NCBI GenBank assembly: GCA_021162325.1
Contig: JAGGYV010000299.1
Location: forward strand, 1-52,282
Reading direction: 5' to 3'
Length of the DNA stretch: 52,282 nucleotides
DNA from: Desulfobacteraceae bacterium
Lineage (GTDB): Bacteria > Desulfobacterota > Desulfobacteria > Desulfobacterales > Desulfosalsimonadaceae
Under the pieces are notes generated by a model, which did no database searches, was not told the DNA's origin, and was given only the letters and a program-made list of their open reading frames with translations. Numbering within the stretch: position 1 is the first letter of the stretch; each line of letters starts with the position of its first letter. Of this stretch, positions 28,711-38,399 are shown piece by piece. The position numbers were made by a program, and so were the translations under genes.

Positions 28711-29322
28711 CTATTTGCCGAACTGCTGAATTTCTTGTTGTAACTGCGGTTTGATTTTCTGATAAGATTTCAATGCCTTATCAACAGCAACGCATACTGC
28801 ACGGGATGTAATCGTCGCACCACTGATGGCGTTAATCTGTCCGCCGTCCTTGGTTACGGAGACAGATTCCTTAACAGACAGCCCTTTAAACTGAGACACC
28901 AGATCGGGTTTATCTTTGGCGTTTGCACCCAGACCAGGGGTCTCCGTATGAACGGTAACCGCTACACCGACCAGTTTATCTTCATTCACATTAACACCGA
29001 CCATCACGCCAATATCGCCACCAAATCCTTTACCGAATTCCTCAAATGCAATGGTCGTCGCTTTGCCGTCAAACACACCAACAAAAAAACTCGTTTCAGC
29101 GTCACCATCTGCAATTTTAAAGCGGTCTTCAATCGGATTATTGGTCGATCCTTCCAGGATGGACATAATTGCGGGGCCTTTGACAAATGTCAACTGCTGC
29201 GCCTCAATCTGACTGGCCGTCCCTTTATTTACAGCAGCCAGTACGCCGCCGGCAACAGAGCTTAAAACCGTTAAAACAACAACCATTTTTACCATATCAT
29301 TCATGTTAGACACCCTTTCCAA
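28711..29322 (-). CDS. rnfG: Rnf complex subunit G (FMN-binding)
   Basis: 203 aa. N-terminal anchor and the covalent-FMN motif SGATITSRAV. Confidence 0.85.
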   Translation of the reverse strand: MERVSNMNDMVKMVVVLTVLSSVAGGVLAAVNKGTASQIEAQQLTFVKGPAIMSILEGSTNNPIEDRFKIADGDAETSFFVGVFDGKATTIAFEEFGKGFGGDIGVMVGVNVNEDKLVGVAVTVHTETPGLGANAKDKPDLVSQFKGLSVKESVSVTKDGGQINAISGATITSRAVCVAVDKALKSYQKIKPQLQQEIQQFGK

Positions 29323-30265
29323 GTGCTTTGGGTCTAATTTTATCTACAATCGGATTGACCAGGTTTATAATCAGAATCGCATACAGCACCCCGTCAATAT
29401 GGGTACCAATGTTTCTGATCAATACCGTCAGCGCCCCTCCGAGTAGCCCATATATCAACATGGGTATAAAATTTACCGGGGAAGAAGAATCTTCGGTAGC
29501 AAGAAAAAATGCACCGATCAGGGTATATCCGGTTAATAAATGAAAACCGGGACCGGCATAGGCTTCAGGATTTAAAATATTGAAACACAGGGCTGACACA
29601 AATATCCCAACAAGAAAAGAAAATGAAATTTCCCATCTAACAAACCCCCTGAGAATTAAATAGACACCGCCGGCAATCAAACCAATTCCAAAGGTTGATC
29701 CAATGCCGCCGATTTGTTTCCCGAAAAGCAGGTCCATTAAAGCGAAAGGGTCTACCGCCGACGCACCGAAGGTCTTTGACAAAACCAATGGATAGACCGC
29801 TTTAAAATCAAATTGATAATTCAGCAGCGCGGCATTAAAATCAAATAAATCCGCCCAGGACAACATCAAAATCGTCATTGCCAGAACTGCCGGATTAAAA
29901 GGATTGGCACCGATGCCGCCAAAAATTTCCTTACCAATGACCACCGCAAAAAAGGTTCCGGTGATCACTGCCCACCATGGCATAGTTGCCGGAAGCATCA
30001 TCGCAAACATCATGCCGATCAACGCGGCATTGCCATCTCCCACGGATATGGGACGCCGGGAAATAAAATTGATCAGCAACTCCCAGAGTATTGCCGAGGC
30101 AATAGAAAGAGTAACCACCCCGACAGCAGCCATGCCATACTGATAACAGCCGGGGATAACTGCCACAAGGCTGGCCAGAAGAATGTTACGGCTTTTTGTA
30201 GAAATACTGCTCCCGTTATGCCAGAACGGGGCATGCGAAACAGTTAGTTTTAAAGTGCTATGCAT
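29306..30265 (-). CDS. rnfD: Rnf complex subunit D
   Basis: 319 aa, polytopic, RnfD/NqrB-like (GANPFNPAV, FLATEDSSSP). Confidence 0.9.
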   Translation of the reverse strand: MHSTLKLTVSHAPFWHNGSSISTKSRNILLASLVAVIPGCYQYGMAAVGVVTLSIASAILWELLINFISRRPISVGDGNAALIGMMFAMMLPATMPWWAVITGTFFAVVIGKEIFGGIGANPFNPAVLAMTILMLSWADLFDFNAALLNYQFDFKAVYPLVLSKTFGASAVDPFALMDLLFGKQIGGIGSTFGIGLIAGGVYLILRGFVRWEISFSFLVGIFVSALCFNILNPEAYAGPGFHLLTGYTLIGAFFLATEDSSSPVNFIPMLIYGLLGGALTVLIRNIGTHIDGVLYAILIINLVNPIVDKIRPKALGKGV

Positions 30266-31541
30266 TACTTTCCTCCGCTGCTTTCATACTTTCCAGAGTA
30301 TGCTTCGCCAGCTTGATATGCTGAAAAACAGGTATCCTTGATTCACAAACATAACTACAGAATCCGCATTCAATGCAGGAAAACAGATCATGTTGATCTG
30401 CGGCTTCCTCATATTGTCCGGCTTCGAGAAATCGAATCAATTGATTAACCTGTATATTTGCTGGACATACCCGAACACATTCACCGCAATTGATGCAGGC
30501 GATGTCAGAACCTTCCGTAATCTGACGTTTATCCTGAATAATGATTGTATCAGTGTCCGGCATGACAGGAGTGTCTGTTGAAAAAACAGAAACCCCTTTC
30601 ATTGGACCACCAAAGACCACCCGATCGCCATCATTTAATGTTTCATTGAATTCATTTAAAATATCCTGTAACGGGGTCCCGATAGGAACGGAAACCAGCC
30701 GTTTATTTCCGTCTTTTGAAACAAACGTAACCATCTTTTCCAAAAAAAACTTACCGGTAGTATATGCGGCACCAATGGCACAAACCGCTTCTGAACTAAA
30801 AAATGCGATCCCGGATTTTGACTTTGCGTCAACATCTTCAGAAGCAAGCATATGTTGCATAATCAATTCCGGATGGGCAGACGGATATTCCGAATCCACC
30901 GTTTTAATAATTGCACCCGATGACCCGGCCACCTGCTCAAGTTGTTGGGGAACAATCAGAATCGCATGGGAAATTCCGGTAATTTTACAAAGCAACTCAA
31001 TACCTGTTTTAATAGCGATAATATTGTTTTTTACAAAATATTGATTGGTGATGCCGAGTAAATCATCATCCGCCCCAAGTACCACAATAGCCTTGACCGG
31101 TTTTTCGGAATCAAAAAACACATTAAAATCCGGTTTTCCAGGAAGGCCGGCCAGAAAATCCCTTGCATTTTCAAGGGAAGGTGCCTGACAGGCACTTTTG
31201 AAACTTTCATCGCGGGATTGAGAGGATTCACCATCCACATCAATGGTCAACGATGTGGATTTTTTCCCGAGAATACCGACAAATGGAGAAATTTTTGATA
31301 TTTGTCCGGATTTGCTGGAAAGGAGATAATCAGCGGAACCATCCGACAGGGTGACTTTTTGACCGCTTTTGACGGGATCGCCGATTTTAAACAAAGCATT
31401 GCCGGCATTTTCATCGGGCTGATCAATATAAAGCATGATCTGTTTCCCGGGTTTAATGCGGACAGGTTCTGCCTGTGCTTCATCAATAATTTCATATTGT
31501 AGTTTCGGTTTTACGAGTCCGAAGAATGATCTTTTAATCAT
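30258..31541 (-). CDS. rnfC: RnfC-like subunit with apparently degenerate FMN/NADH-binding motifs
   Basis: 427 aa. The RnfC N-terminal barrel region, GGPMKG and two C-terminal 4Fe-4S motifs (CINCGECVRVCP, CIECGFCSYVCE) are present. The expected GLGGAGFP and ECEPY positions read AGLPGKPDF and GADDDLLG. Confidence 0.8.
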   Translation of the reverse strand: MIKRSFFGLVKPKLQYEIIDEAQAEPVRIKPGKQIMLYIDQPDENAGNALFKIGDPVKSGQKVTLSDGSADYLLSSKSGQISKISPFVGILGKKSTSLTIDVDGESSQSRDESFKSACQAPSLENARDFLAGLPGKPDFNVFFDSEKPVKAIVVLGADDDLLGITNQYFVKNNIIAIKTGIELLCKITGISHAILIVPQQLEQVAGSSGAIIKTVDSEYPSAHPELIMQHMLASEDVDAKSKSGIAFFSSEAVCAIGAAYTTGKFFLEKMVTFVSKDGNKRLVSVPIGTPLQDILNEFNETLNDGDRVVFGGPMKGVSVFSTDTPVMPDTDTIIIQDKRQITEGSDIACINCGECVRVCPANIQVNQLIRFLEAGQYEEAADQHDLFSCIECGFCSYVCESRIPVFQHIKLAKHTLESMKAAEESNA

Positions 31542-31632
31542 GGATCAACCTATAACTGCTTGACTTATAATTAATTCATTTCCTCAAAAACTTGAGAATC
31601 TTCCGTCTTTTTGACTATAAAATGAGCGCTTT

Positions 31633-32274
31633 TTAAAAACCATGACATTTTTTACAGTCTGCGTCCGTCCTGCCCGGACGGACCCCGAAGTCTTCATGAC
31701 AGCCGATACACTGATCATGAAATGCTTCCGTTCTTTTTCGTGGCGAATGACAGCTTGCGCAGTCATCCTTTCCGGGCACGACACCGGAATCTTCATGACA
31801 GGCGATACACTGTTTATGAAATGCCTGTGTACGTCCCGGCATAAAATCATCTTCAACACCGGGTTCATGGCAATCACTACACAATTGCGGTTCACCGCCA
31901 TCTTCTTCATCATAATCGTGATGGCAGTCATTACATGAAAGCCCCATATCCATACTGTGCATACCATGATCAAATGTACCGTTATCTCCAAAGACCGGGA
32001 TAGATTCACTATCGGACTGATGGCAACTACCGCATGAACCCGGGACATCGGACCGGCTGTCGTCATGGGCATGATGACAGTCAATACATTTTTTCCCATA
32101 CGCATCACTATGGGTCTGATGGTCAAACAAAACATTTCCGCCAACTGTCTTAAACATCAGCCGAACGGGTGGCTCCGGCGACTTTGCAGGCACGGAACTG
32201 TAACAAAACACACCAACAACCAAACAGACAATCGCAAGGGCATAAACAAATTTAAGTTCATTCTTTGAAGACAT
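31633..32274 (-). CDS. Membrane-anchored octahaem c-type cytochrome
   Basis: 213 aa. N-terminal hydrophobic anchor and eight CxxCH motifs: CIDCH, CGSCH, CNDCH, CSDCH, CIACH, CASCH, CIGCH, CKKCH. Confidence 0.85.
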   Translation of the reverse strand: MSSKNELKFVYALAIVCLVVGVFCYSSVPAKSPEPPVRLMFKTVGGNVLFDHQTHSDAYGKKCIDCHHAHDDSRSDVPGSCGSCHQSDSESIPVFGDNGTFDHGMHSMDMGLSCNDCHHDYDEEDGGEPQLCSDCHEPGVEDDFMPGRTQAFHKQCIACHEDSGVVPGKDDCASCHSPRKRTEAFHDQCIGCHEDFGVRPGRTDADCKKCHGF

Positions 32275-32534
32275 CTATTGAGATTCCTTTCAATTGGGCC
32301 TGATACTTATACACAACCGATCACACGCTTCTATGAGAAGGCATCAACGATTAATCTTTCTAAGCCGCCCTTTGCCTTTCATTCATTACGGACACAAAAA
32401 AGACTAACATTTTATACAAATTTAAATTCAAAAAAAAAAATTATTATTATTTTACATAATTTTTGTCAAGATATTTATATCACATTGTTAATGACCCCAA
32501 CAGGTATACTTTTGATATATTTTATTAACTGCCC

Positions 32535-33782
32535 TTAATCTGCTTTTCGCCTTAAAAATGTCGGTATATCGTAATCAATATAAGGTTCTCTTTTAGCAGC
32601 CTTTTCATTTTTAAATTTATTTATTTTCTTTACTTTGTGCGCTCCCTGATCAATCTTTCGTCCCTGGGCTTCTTCTTTTTTGCGAATATATGCCGGACGG
32701 ACCAGTTCCGCGTCAAAATTTTTTAATTCTTCCGGGGTCGGATTCCGAACAACACCCCTTACCGCCTCACTGGGCCTGGAAACATCCCTGAAGGATGATC
32801 GCGGTCTCTGCATTTGGCCCTTTCCGTCTCCAATGCCGGTGGCAATAACCGTTACCCGAAGCTCATCACCAAGACTTTCATCAACCGCTGTACCCCAAAT
32901 AATTTCCACGTCATCATCACCGATTTCATTATAAATTCTTTCAGACGCCTCGATGGTTTCCTCCATGGTCAACTCTGAATTACAGGTGATGTTCATCAGC
33001 ACACCCCGCGCGCCCACAATAGAGTTGTCTTCAAGAAGCGGGTGAGAAATGGCTCTTTCCGCTGCTTCAATGGCCCGATTTTCACCACTTGCAACACCAA
33101 TTCCCATAATCGCCATACCCGCCTTGGACATGGTCGCCTTAACATCCGCAAAATCGAGATTAATCAGACCTGGACGTAAAATAAGATCGGTTATGCCTTT
33201 TACCGAATGATTCAATATTTCATCCGCCCGTCTAAACATTTCGATCAATGTCGACTTTCTGGATGCCAATCCCCTTAATCGATCGTTGGGTATTGTAATT
33301 ACGGTATCGGCCATTTCCTTTAACCGGTTGATTCCTTCTTCGGCCTGCTTACTTCTTTTTTTGGCTTCAAAGGCAAACGGTTTTGTGACCACTGCCACAG
33401 TTAACGCCCCAAGCTCTTTACAGATTTCCGCGATAACCGGTGCTGCGCCAGTTCCGGTACCACCGCCTAAGCCGGCAGCAATAAATACCATGTGACTGTC
33501 TGCCAGTGCTTCCCTTAAAACATCGGCTGACTCCAGTGCCGCATCCCTTCCGATATTCGGATCTGCTCCCGCCCCCAGGCCTTCAGTCAATGTCTCACCC
33601 AGCTGAATCTTCGTTTCCGCTTTTGCATAGGCCAGCGCCTGGCCATCCGTGTTGGCGACAATGAACTGAACCCCCTGAAGATTTGAATCAATCATGTTAT
33701 TTACTGCATTACACCCTCCTCCGCCGACACCGATAACCTTAATTTTTGCCGAACTTTCTGCCTCTACATAAGTAAAGTCCAT
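32535..33782 (-). CDS. ftsZ: Cell division GTPase FtsZ
   Basis: 415 aa. Contains GVGGGGCNAVN and GGGTGTGAAPVIA, with a conserved C-terminal DIPTFLRRK peptide. Confidence 0.97.
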   Translation of the reverse strand: MDFTYVEAESSAKIKVIGVGGGGCNAVNNMIDSNLQGVQFIVANTDGQALAYAKAETKIQLGETLTEGLGAGADPNIGRDAALESADVLREALADSHMVFIAAGLGGGTGTGAAPVIAEICKELGALTVAVVTKPFAFEAKKRSKQAEEGINRLKEMADTVITIPNDRLRGLASRKSTLIEMFRRADEILNHSVKGITDLILRPGLINLDFADVKATMSKAGMAIMGIGVASGENRAIEAAERAISHPLLEDNSIVGARGVLMNITCNSELTMEETIEASERIYNEIGDDDVEIIWGTAVDESLGDELRVTVIATGIGDGKGQMQRPRSSFRDVSRPSEAVRGVVRNPTPEELKNFDAELVRPAYIRKKEEAQGRKIDQGAHKVKKINKFKNEKAAKREPYIDYDIPTFLRRKAD

Positions 33783-33849
33783 ACTGCCGCCTCCTTGTAT
33801 GTGTGTTTTTGGCTGTTCTCCTTAAGCCTTCAATATACTATAACGCTGA

Positions 33850-35076
33850 CTAAATTATTTCCTTAAACCAGGTTTTCATCCGGATCATTATTCTGTTAAA
33901 AATATTGGCGTCCCGTATTCTGAATTTCTTTTTGGACTGATGTTTAGCGCCATACAGCACCAGGCCGACGCCAGTGGCATACATAGGACTGTTCACAACA
34001 TCCACCAGCCCACTAATCCCCTGAGGGCTTCCCAATCGTACCGGCAGCTCAAACGTGGATTCCGCAATTTCTGCGATACCATCCAGCAGAGAAGCGCCGC
34101 CGGTGAGGACAATTCCGGAAGATACATAATCCTTCATCCCGGCCCGATAGATCTCCCTTTTCATTAACGTAAACACCTCTTCTACCCGGGGTTCTAAAAT
34201 TTCCGCCAGGATCTGACGGGGGAGTTGCCGGGCGCCGCGACCACTGATATCAGATATTTCGATGGTTTCATCATTTTTGACCTTATCCGCCACGCAGGTA
34301 CCATATTTTAATTTGATTTTTTCAGCTTCAGCCATTGGCGTCCGAAGCCCGACGGAAATATCATTGGTCATGTTATTACCGCCAAGGGATAAAACGAATG
34401 TATGCTTTATGTTATTTCCGGCAAAAATCGCCAGATCAGTGGTCCCTCCACCAATGTCAATAATCCCCGTGCCAATCTCTTTTTCCTGTGCGCTCATCAC
34501 CGCTTCACTGGACGCGATCGGTTCCAGAATAATATCGCAAATATCCAGACCCGCCTTGTGCCCGCATTTGATAATATTCTGGGCAGATGTCACCGCCCCC
34601 GTCACGATATGGATTCTTGCTTCAAGCCTGACACCGGCCATTCCAACCGGGTTATGAATGCCCGCTTCGCCATCCACAATAAACTCCTGAGGAAGCACAT
34701 GAATAACCTCCCGATCCATGGGTATAGCGACCGCCCGTGCCGCCTCAATTACCCGGTCCACATCTGCCTGGATAATTTCATCACCCTTGATCGCAATAAT
34801 GCCGTTACTGTTAAAACCGGTAATATGCCCCCCGGCGATACCGGCATAAACGGCTGAAATCTCGCACCCGGCCATCATTTCGGCTTCCCTGACAGCCTTG
34901 TTGATTGACTCAACCGTTGACTCAATATTTACCACAACCCCCTTGCGCAGACCCACCGATGGATGCGTACCGACTCCGACAATATTGACATTATTATCCG
35001 ATAATTCCGCGACAACGGCACATATCTTTGTTGTACCGATATCCAGTCCCACAATAATTTCTTCATGGTTTTTCAC
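33850..35076 (-). CDS. ftsA: Cell division protein FtsA
   Basis: Actin-like GLDIGTTKI and DIGGGTTD motifs. The start is set at GTG 35074-35076, six nt after AAGGAGG. The ORF-track start at 35130 overlaps ftsQ. Confidence 0.9.
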   Translation of the reverse strand: MKNHEEIIVGLDIGTTKICAVVAELSDNNVNIVGVGTHPSVGLRKGVVVNIESTVESINKAVREAEMMAGCEISAVYAGIAGGHITGFNSNGIIAIKGDEIIQADVDRVIEAARAVAIPMDREVIHVLPQEFIVDGEAGIHNPVGMAGVRLEARIHIVTGAVTSAQNIIKCGHKAGLDICDIILEPIASSEAVMSAQEKEIGTGIIDIGGGTTDLAIFAGNNIKHTFVLSLGGNNMTNDISVGLRTPMAEAEKIKLKYGTCVADKVKNDETIEISDISGRGARQLPRQILAEILEPRVEEVFTLMKREIYRAGMKDYVSSGIVLTGGASLLDGIAEIAESTFELPVRLGSPQGISGLVDVVNSPMYATGVGLVLYGAKHQSKKKFRIRDANIFNRIMIRMKTWFKEII

Positions 35077-35077
35077 G

Positions 35078-35938
35078 TTAAACCTCCTTTTTATCCTTAT
35101 CGGACAATTTCTCATTTCCGGGTCTTGCAACGATATGGTCCGGATTTCTCAGATCTATCTCTTTGATGAACGAAATTTCTTCATTCTGCTCAACATAAGA
35201 TAAAATTTTTTTCAACCGGCTGTATTTCTTCCGATAGTCGCCGTATCCGAGCTGAATTATCCGTACCGGGCCATCTGTTTCAAGCGTTAATCCAATTTCC
35301 CGATCAACATTAATCTTTTTTATAATCGTATTCGGCAAAATCGCGTCTGATGATCTCCCGATATTCAATATTTCAAGCACTGAAACAAATACCGGCGAAC
35401 CCGGTGTTTCCAGTGTTTTCCAGTCGGAATAGTCAATTCCGGACATTACCGGCATACCGGTAATGTCGGATGCCTGCGCTTCCTTAAAAATGACGCCGTC
35501 TTTGTTGATAAGAAACTGTTTGCCGAAATCAAGAACGGCCAAACCTTCCTGTTCCCTGATGCGGATAAAAATGCTCCCCGGAAATGTCCTGCGAATATCT
35601 GCTTCAGCAATCCAGGGATGGGCCAGCAATCTTTTTCTAACTATTTTTAAATTCAACGATACGAGATTGACCCCTTCTTCTATATCCGCTATTTTAAGAA
35701 TCCGGTCACGGGTCAGCCGCTGGCCCCCTTCCACGGTGATTGTTTCAGCTTTGAAATAATCACACTGGGTGAACACATCATGGATAAATATAAACACCAG
35801 GCTCATGCCGATGACCATAAGCGCCAGAAATGTGCTTTTAAAAAGAATGCGTATGCTCTGTCTAATTGTCATGGCACGATTTTTAACAGGCTCTTTCTTT
35901 TTATACCGATTTTTTCTTGGTTGATTAATCCCCAACAA
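35078..35938 (-). CDS. ftsQ: Cell division protein FtsQ
   Basis: 286 aa. Single TM segment followed by a POTRA-like domain. Positioned between murB and ftsA. Confidence 0.85.
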   Translation of the reverse strand: MLGINQPRKNRYKKKEPVKNRAMTIRQSIRILFKSTFLALMVIGMSLVFIFIHDVFTQCDYFKAETITVEGGQRLTRDRILKIADIEEGVNLVSLNLKIVRKRLLAHPWIAEADIRRTFPGSIFIRIREQEGLAVLDFGKQFLINKDGVIFKEAQASDITGMPVMSGIDYSDWKTLETPGSPVFVSVLEILNIGRSSDAILPNTIIKKINVDREIGLTLETDGPVRIIQLGYGDYRKKYSRLKKILSYVEQNEEISFIKEIDLRNPDHIVARPGNEKLSDKDKKEV

Positions 35939-36875
35939 TTTTAACTTCCGGCTCCAGCATGATATTGAATTTTTTTAAAACCGCTTCCTGAATAAGATTC
36001 ATTAAGCAAAGAATATCTTCGGCAGATGCCCTGCCCTGGTTGACAATAAAATTTGCATGTTTTTCGGAAACCGCTGCATCCCCCACCCGTAAGTCTTTTC
36101 CTCGGGCCAGATCAATCAGCCTTCCTGCTGATTCCCGGCTATCCGGATTCCTAAAAAAACAGCCGGCTGAAGCAAACCCCGCAGGCTGTGTTTTTTTCCG
36201 TACGTTTAACATGTCATCCGCTTCTGCCTTTAAGCGCTCCGAGCGCTGAAGTGAGAGGGAAAACCGCCCCTCCAGAATCACACAGGAGGCTAAGTCCATG
36301 CTTTTTTCTTCGACAAACGAAAGGGACCGGTATGAAAACGTTAACTCACGTTTATCCACAAATTCGATGCAACCGGCCGGATTAATGATTCGGATGCTGT
36401 CCAGGACATTGCTCATATCACCTTTCCAGGCACCGGCATTCATCCGGAGAGCACCGCCGACCGTCCCAGGAATCCCCAATGCAAAATTCAACCCGGCAAG
36501 GCCTTGCTTAATTGCAAATCGGCAAAGCGTACTTAAACCGGCACCGGCCATCGCAGAAAGAATTGTTGAACCATGCTGAGAAATCGTTGCCAGATCCTTT
36601 GCCAGGCAAATCACGACCCCGCGAATCCCCTTGTCTTTAACCAGCAGATTGGTTCCCCCGCCGACGATAAAAAACGGCAGATCATTTTCTTTCAGCCACT
36701 GGACCAGCCAGGTTAATTCTCTTTCTTCAGTCACTGTTACAAAAGCATCTGCCGGCCCACCGACACGAAGGGTGGTATGGGCAGTCATCGGTTCATCAAA
36801 TCGAACCCGATCGAAAAATCGATTTTTTAATTGTTGTTTAAACTTAGATTGTAGTGCCATAATACCCGCCATCAA
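35925..36875 (-). CDS. murB: UDP-N-acetylenolpyruvoylglucosamine reductase
   Basis: 316 aa. Contains TTLRVGGPAD, GGGTNLL and AGCFFRNP. Confidence 0.9.
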   Translation of the reverse strand: MMAGIMALQSKFKQQLKNRFFDRVRFDEPMTAHTTLRVGGPADAFVTVTEERELTWLVQWLKENDLPFFIVGGGTNLLVKDKGIRGVVICLAKDLATISQHGSTILSAMAGAGLSTLCRFAIKQGLAGLNFALGIPGTVGGALRMNAGAWKGDMSNVLDSIRIINPAGCIEFVDKRELTFSYRSLSFVEEKSMDLASCVILEGRFSLSLQRSERLKAEADDMLNVRKKTQPAGFASAGCFFRNPDSRESAGRLIDLARGKDLRVGDAAVSEKHANFIVNQGRASAEDILCLMNLIQEAVLKKFNIMLEPEVKIVGD

Positions 36876-38238
36876 GCGCTTTAATCAATGATTCTCCGCA
36901 CTTCCAGACATCCCCCGCGCCAAGCGTCAAAACAATATCTCCTTGTTTTGCAACTTTTGCCAGATAATCCACTGCTGCCGGCATTTCATTAAAACACGTT
37001 ACATCCTTGTGCCCGTGACTTTTAATACCTTCGCACAGCATCACGTTATTAATCCCTTTAATCGGTTCCTCGCCGGCAGCATAAACCGGCAATAGAACCA
37101 GCAGATCCGACTGATAAAAAGACCGGGTAAACTCATCATACAAAGCCTTTGTCCGCGAAAACCGGTGGGCCTGAAAAATCACGATCAACCGTCGGCCAGG
37201 CCAGCTTTTTTGAATAGCATCAAGGGTGATTTTGATTTCCGTGGGATGATGCCCATAATCATCCAGCACTTTGATACCGGCAATGTCCCCCTTGACTTCC
37301 AGACGCCGGGCCACACCCTGCAGATTTTCCAGGGCATACTGGATCTTCTTAAAAGGGATTTCGAGTTCAAATCCCACTGAAACAGCTGCCAGTGCATTGT
37401 AAATGTTATGGATGCCCGGCATATTCAATTCAACCTCACCGGAAAACGCATCATTGCGAAATACTTTAAAACGGCTCTGCATCCCGTCAAACGCAACATC
37501 CCGCGCCTGAATATCCGCCTGGGCACTCAATCCGTAGGTAACAAACCGTTTTTTTATTTTCGGAATAATTTCCTGAATAGACTCATTATCCAGGCACAAC
37601 ACAGCCAGCCCGTAAAACGGGATGCGATCGATAAAAGTTAAAAAAACCGACTTAATATTTTCAATATTTTCATAAAAATCAACATGCTCCAGATCAATAT
37701 TGGTCACCACCGCAATGGTCGGAGAAAATTTTAAAAAGGAGCCATCACTTTCATCCGCTTCAGCGACAATAAAATCACCTTCCCCTAAAACCGCGTTGGT
37801 ATTGATACTTTTTAATTTACCGCCGATAACCACGGTGGGATCAAGCCCCCCTTCGGCAAGAACACTGGCTACCATAGAAGTCGTAGAAGTCTTGCCGTGG
37901 GCACCGGCCACGGCAATGCTGTATTTTAACCGCATCAGTTCGGCCAGCATTTCCGCTCGCGGAATGACCGGCACGGAAGCTTCCAAAGCGGCCAGCACTT
38001 CTGGATTTTTCTGCCCAATGGCCGATGATGTCACCACGACATCCACGTCCCTGATATGATCAGCATGATGTCCTTTAAATATTGTACCCCCCAACTTTTC
38101 AAGCCGTTGGGTGACATCAGACATGGCAATATCAGAACCGGAAACACGATATCCCAGTGTCAGCAACAGTTCGGCGATGCCGCTCATTCCGATGCCGCCG
38201 ATGCCGACAAAAAATATGTGGTATTGTTTTCGATACAT
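36844..38238 (-). CDS. murC: UDP-N-acetylmuramate--L-alanine ligase
   Basis: The start is set at MYRKQYHIFFVGIGGIGMSG (ATG 38236-38238). Contains the GAHGKTSTTSM P-loop. The ORF-track extension to 38328 reads through the repeat element. Confidence 0.9.
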   Translation of the reverse strand: MYRKQYHIFFVGIGGIGMSGIAELLLTLGYRVSGSDIAMSDVTQRLEKLGGTIFKGHHADHIRDVDVVVTSSAIGQKNPEVLAALEASVPVIPRAEMLAELMRLKYSIAVAGAHGKTSTTSMVASVLAEGGLDPTVVIGGKLKSINTNAVLGEGDFIVAEADESDGSFLKFSPTIAVVTNIDLEHVDFYENIENIKSVFLTFIDRIPFYGLAVLCLDNESIQEIIPKIKKRFVTYGLSAQADIQARDVAFDGMQSRFKVFRNDAFSGEVELNMPGIHNIYNALAAVSVGFELEIPFKKIQYALENLQGVARRLEVKGDIAGIKVLDDYGHHPTEIKITLDAIQKSWPGRRLIVIFQAHRFSRTKALYDEFTRSFYQSDLLVLLPVYAAGEEPIKGINNVMLCEGIKSHGHKDVTCFNEMPAAVDYLAKVAKQGDIVLTLGAGDVWKCGESLIKALDGGYYGTTI

Positions 38239-38250
38239 AATTACCCTTGC

Positions 38251-38399
38251 TGGCTTCGTAAAAAGTCCAAATTCTTTGTTTCGCTGCATCCTTCGTGTCT
38301 TCATAGTACGATAAGTACAAATCATCACTCAGGATTTGCGCGCCTCGCCAGTCTTAAGATTTGGTGGAACTTTTTTCTTTGCCATCGAAATCCGACTTT
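38251..38399 (-). repeat. Dispersed ~150-nt element, copy 2 (murG-murC junction)
   Basis: Reverse complement of copy 1 (22631-22781). It overlaps the last roughly 24 codons of the murG ORF and is in frame with the upstream extension of murC. Confidence 0.85.

Noticed and set aside
31584-32144. 186-aa alternative-frame ORF within the cytochrome gene
   Set aside because: It is on the same strand but out of frame with the ORF carrying eight CxxCH motifs. Its His/Met/Val-rich sequence is a frame artefact of Cys/His codons.
38239-38328. 30-codon N-terminal extension of MurC as the true start
   Set aside because: The canonical Mur ligase N-terminus begins at MYRKQYHIFFVGIGG. The extension is repeat-derived and is kept only as a possibility in the findings.
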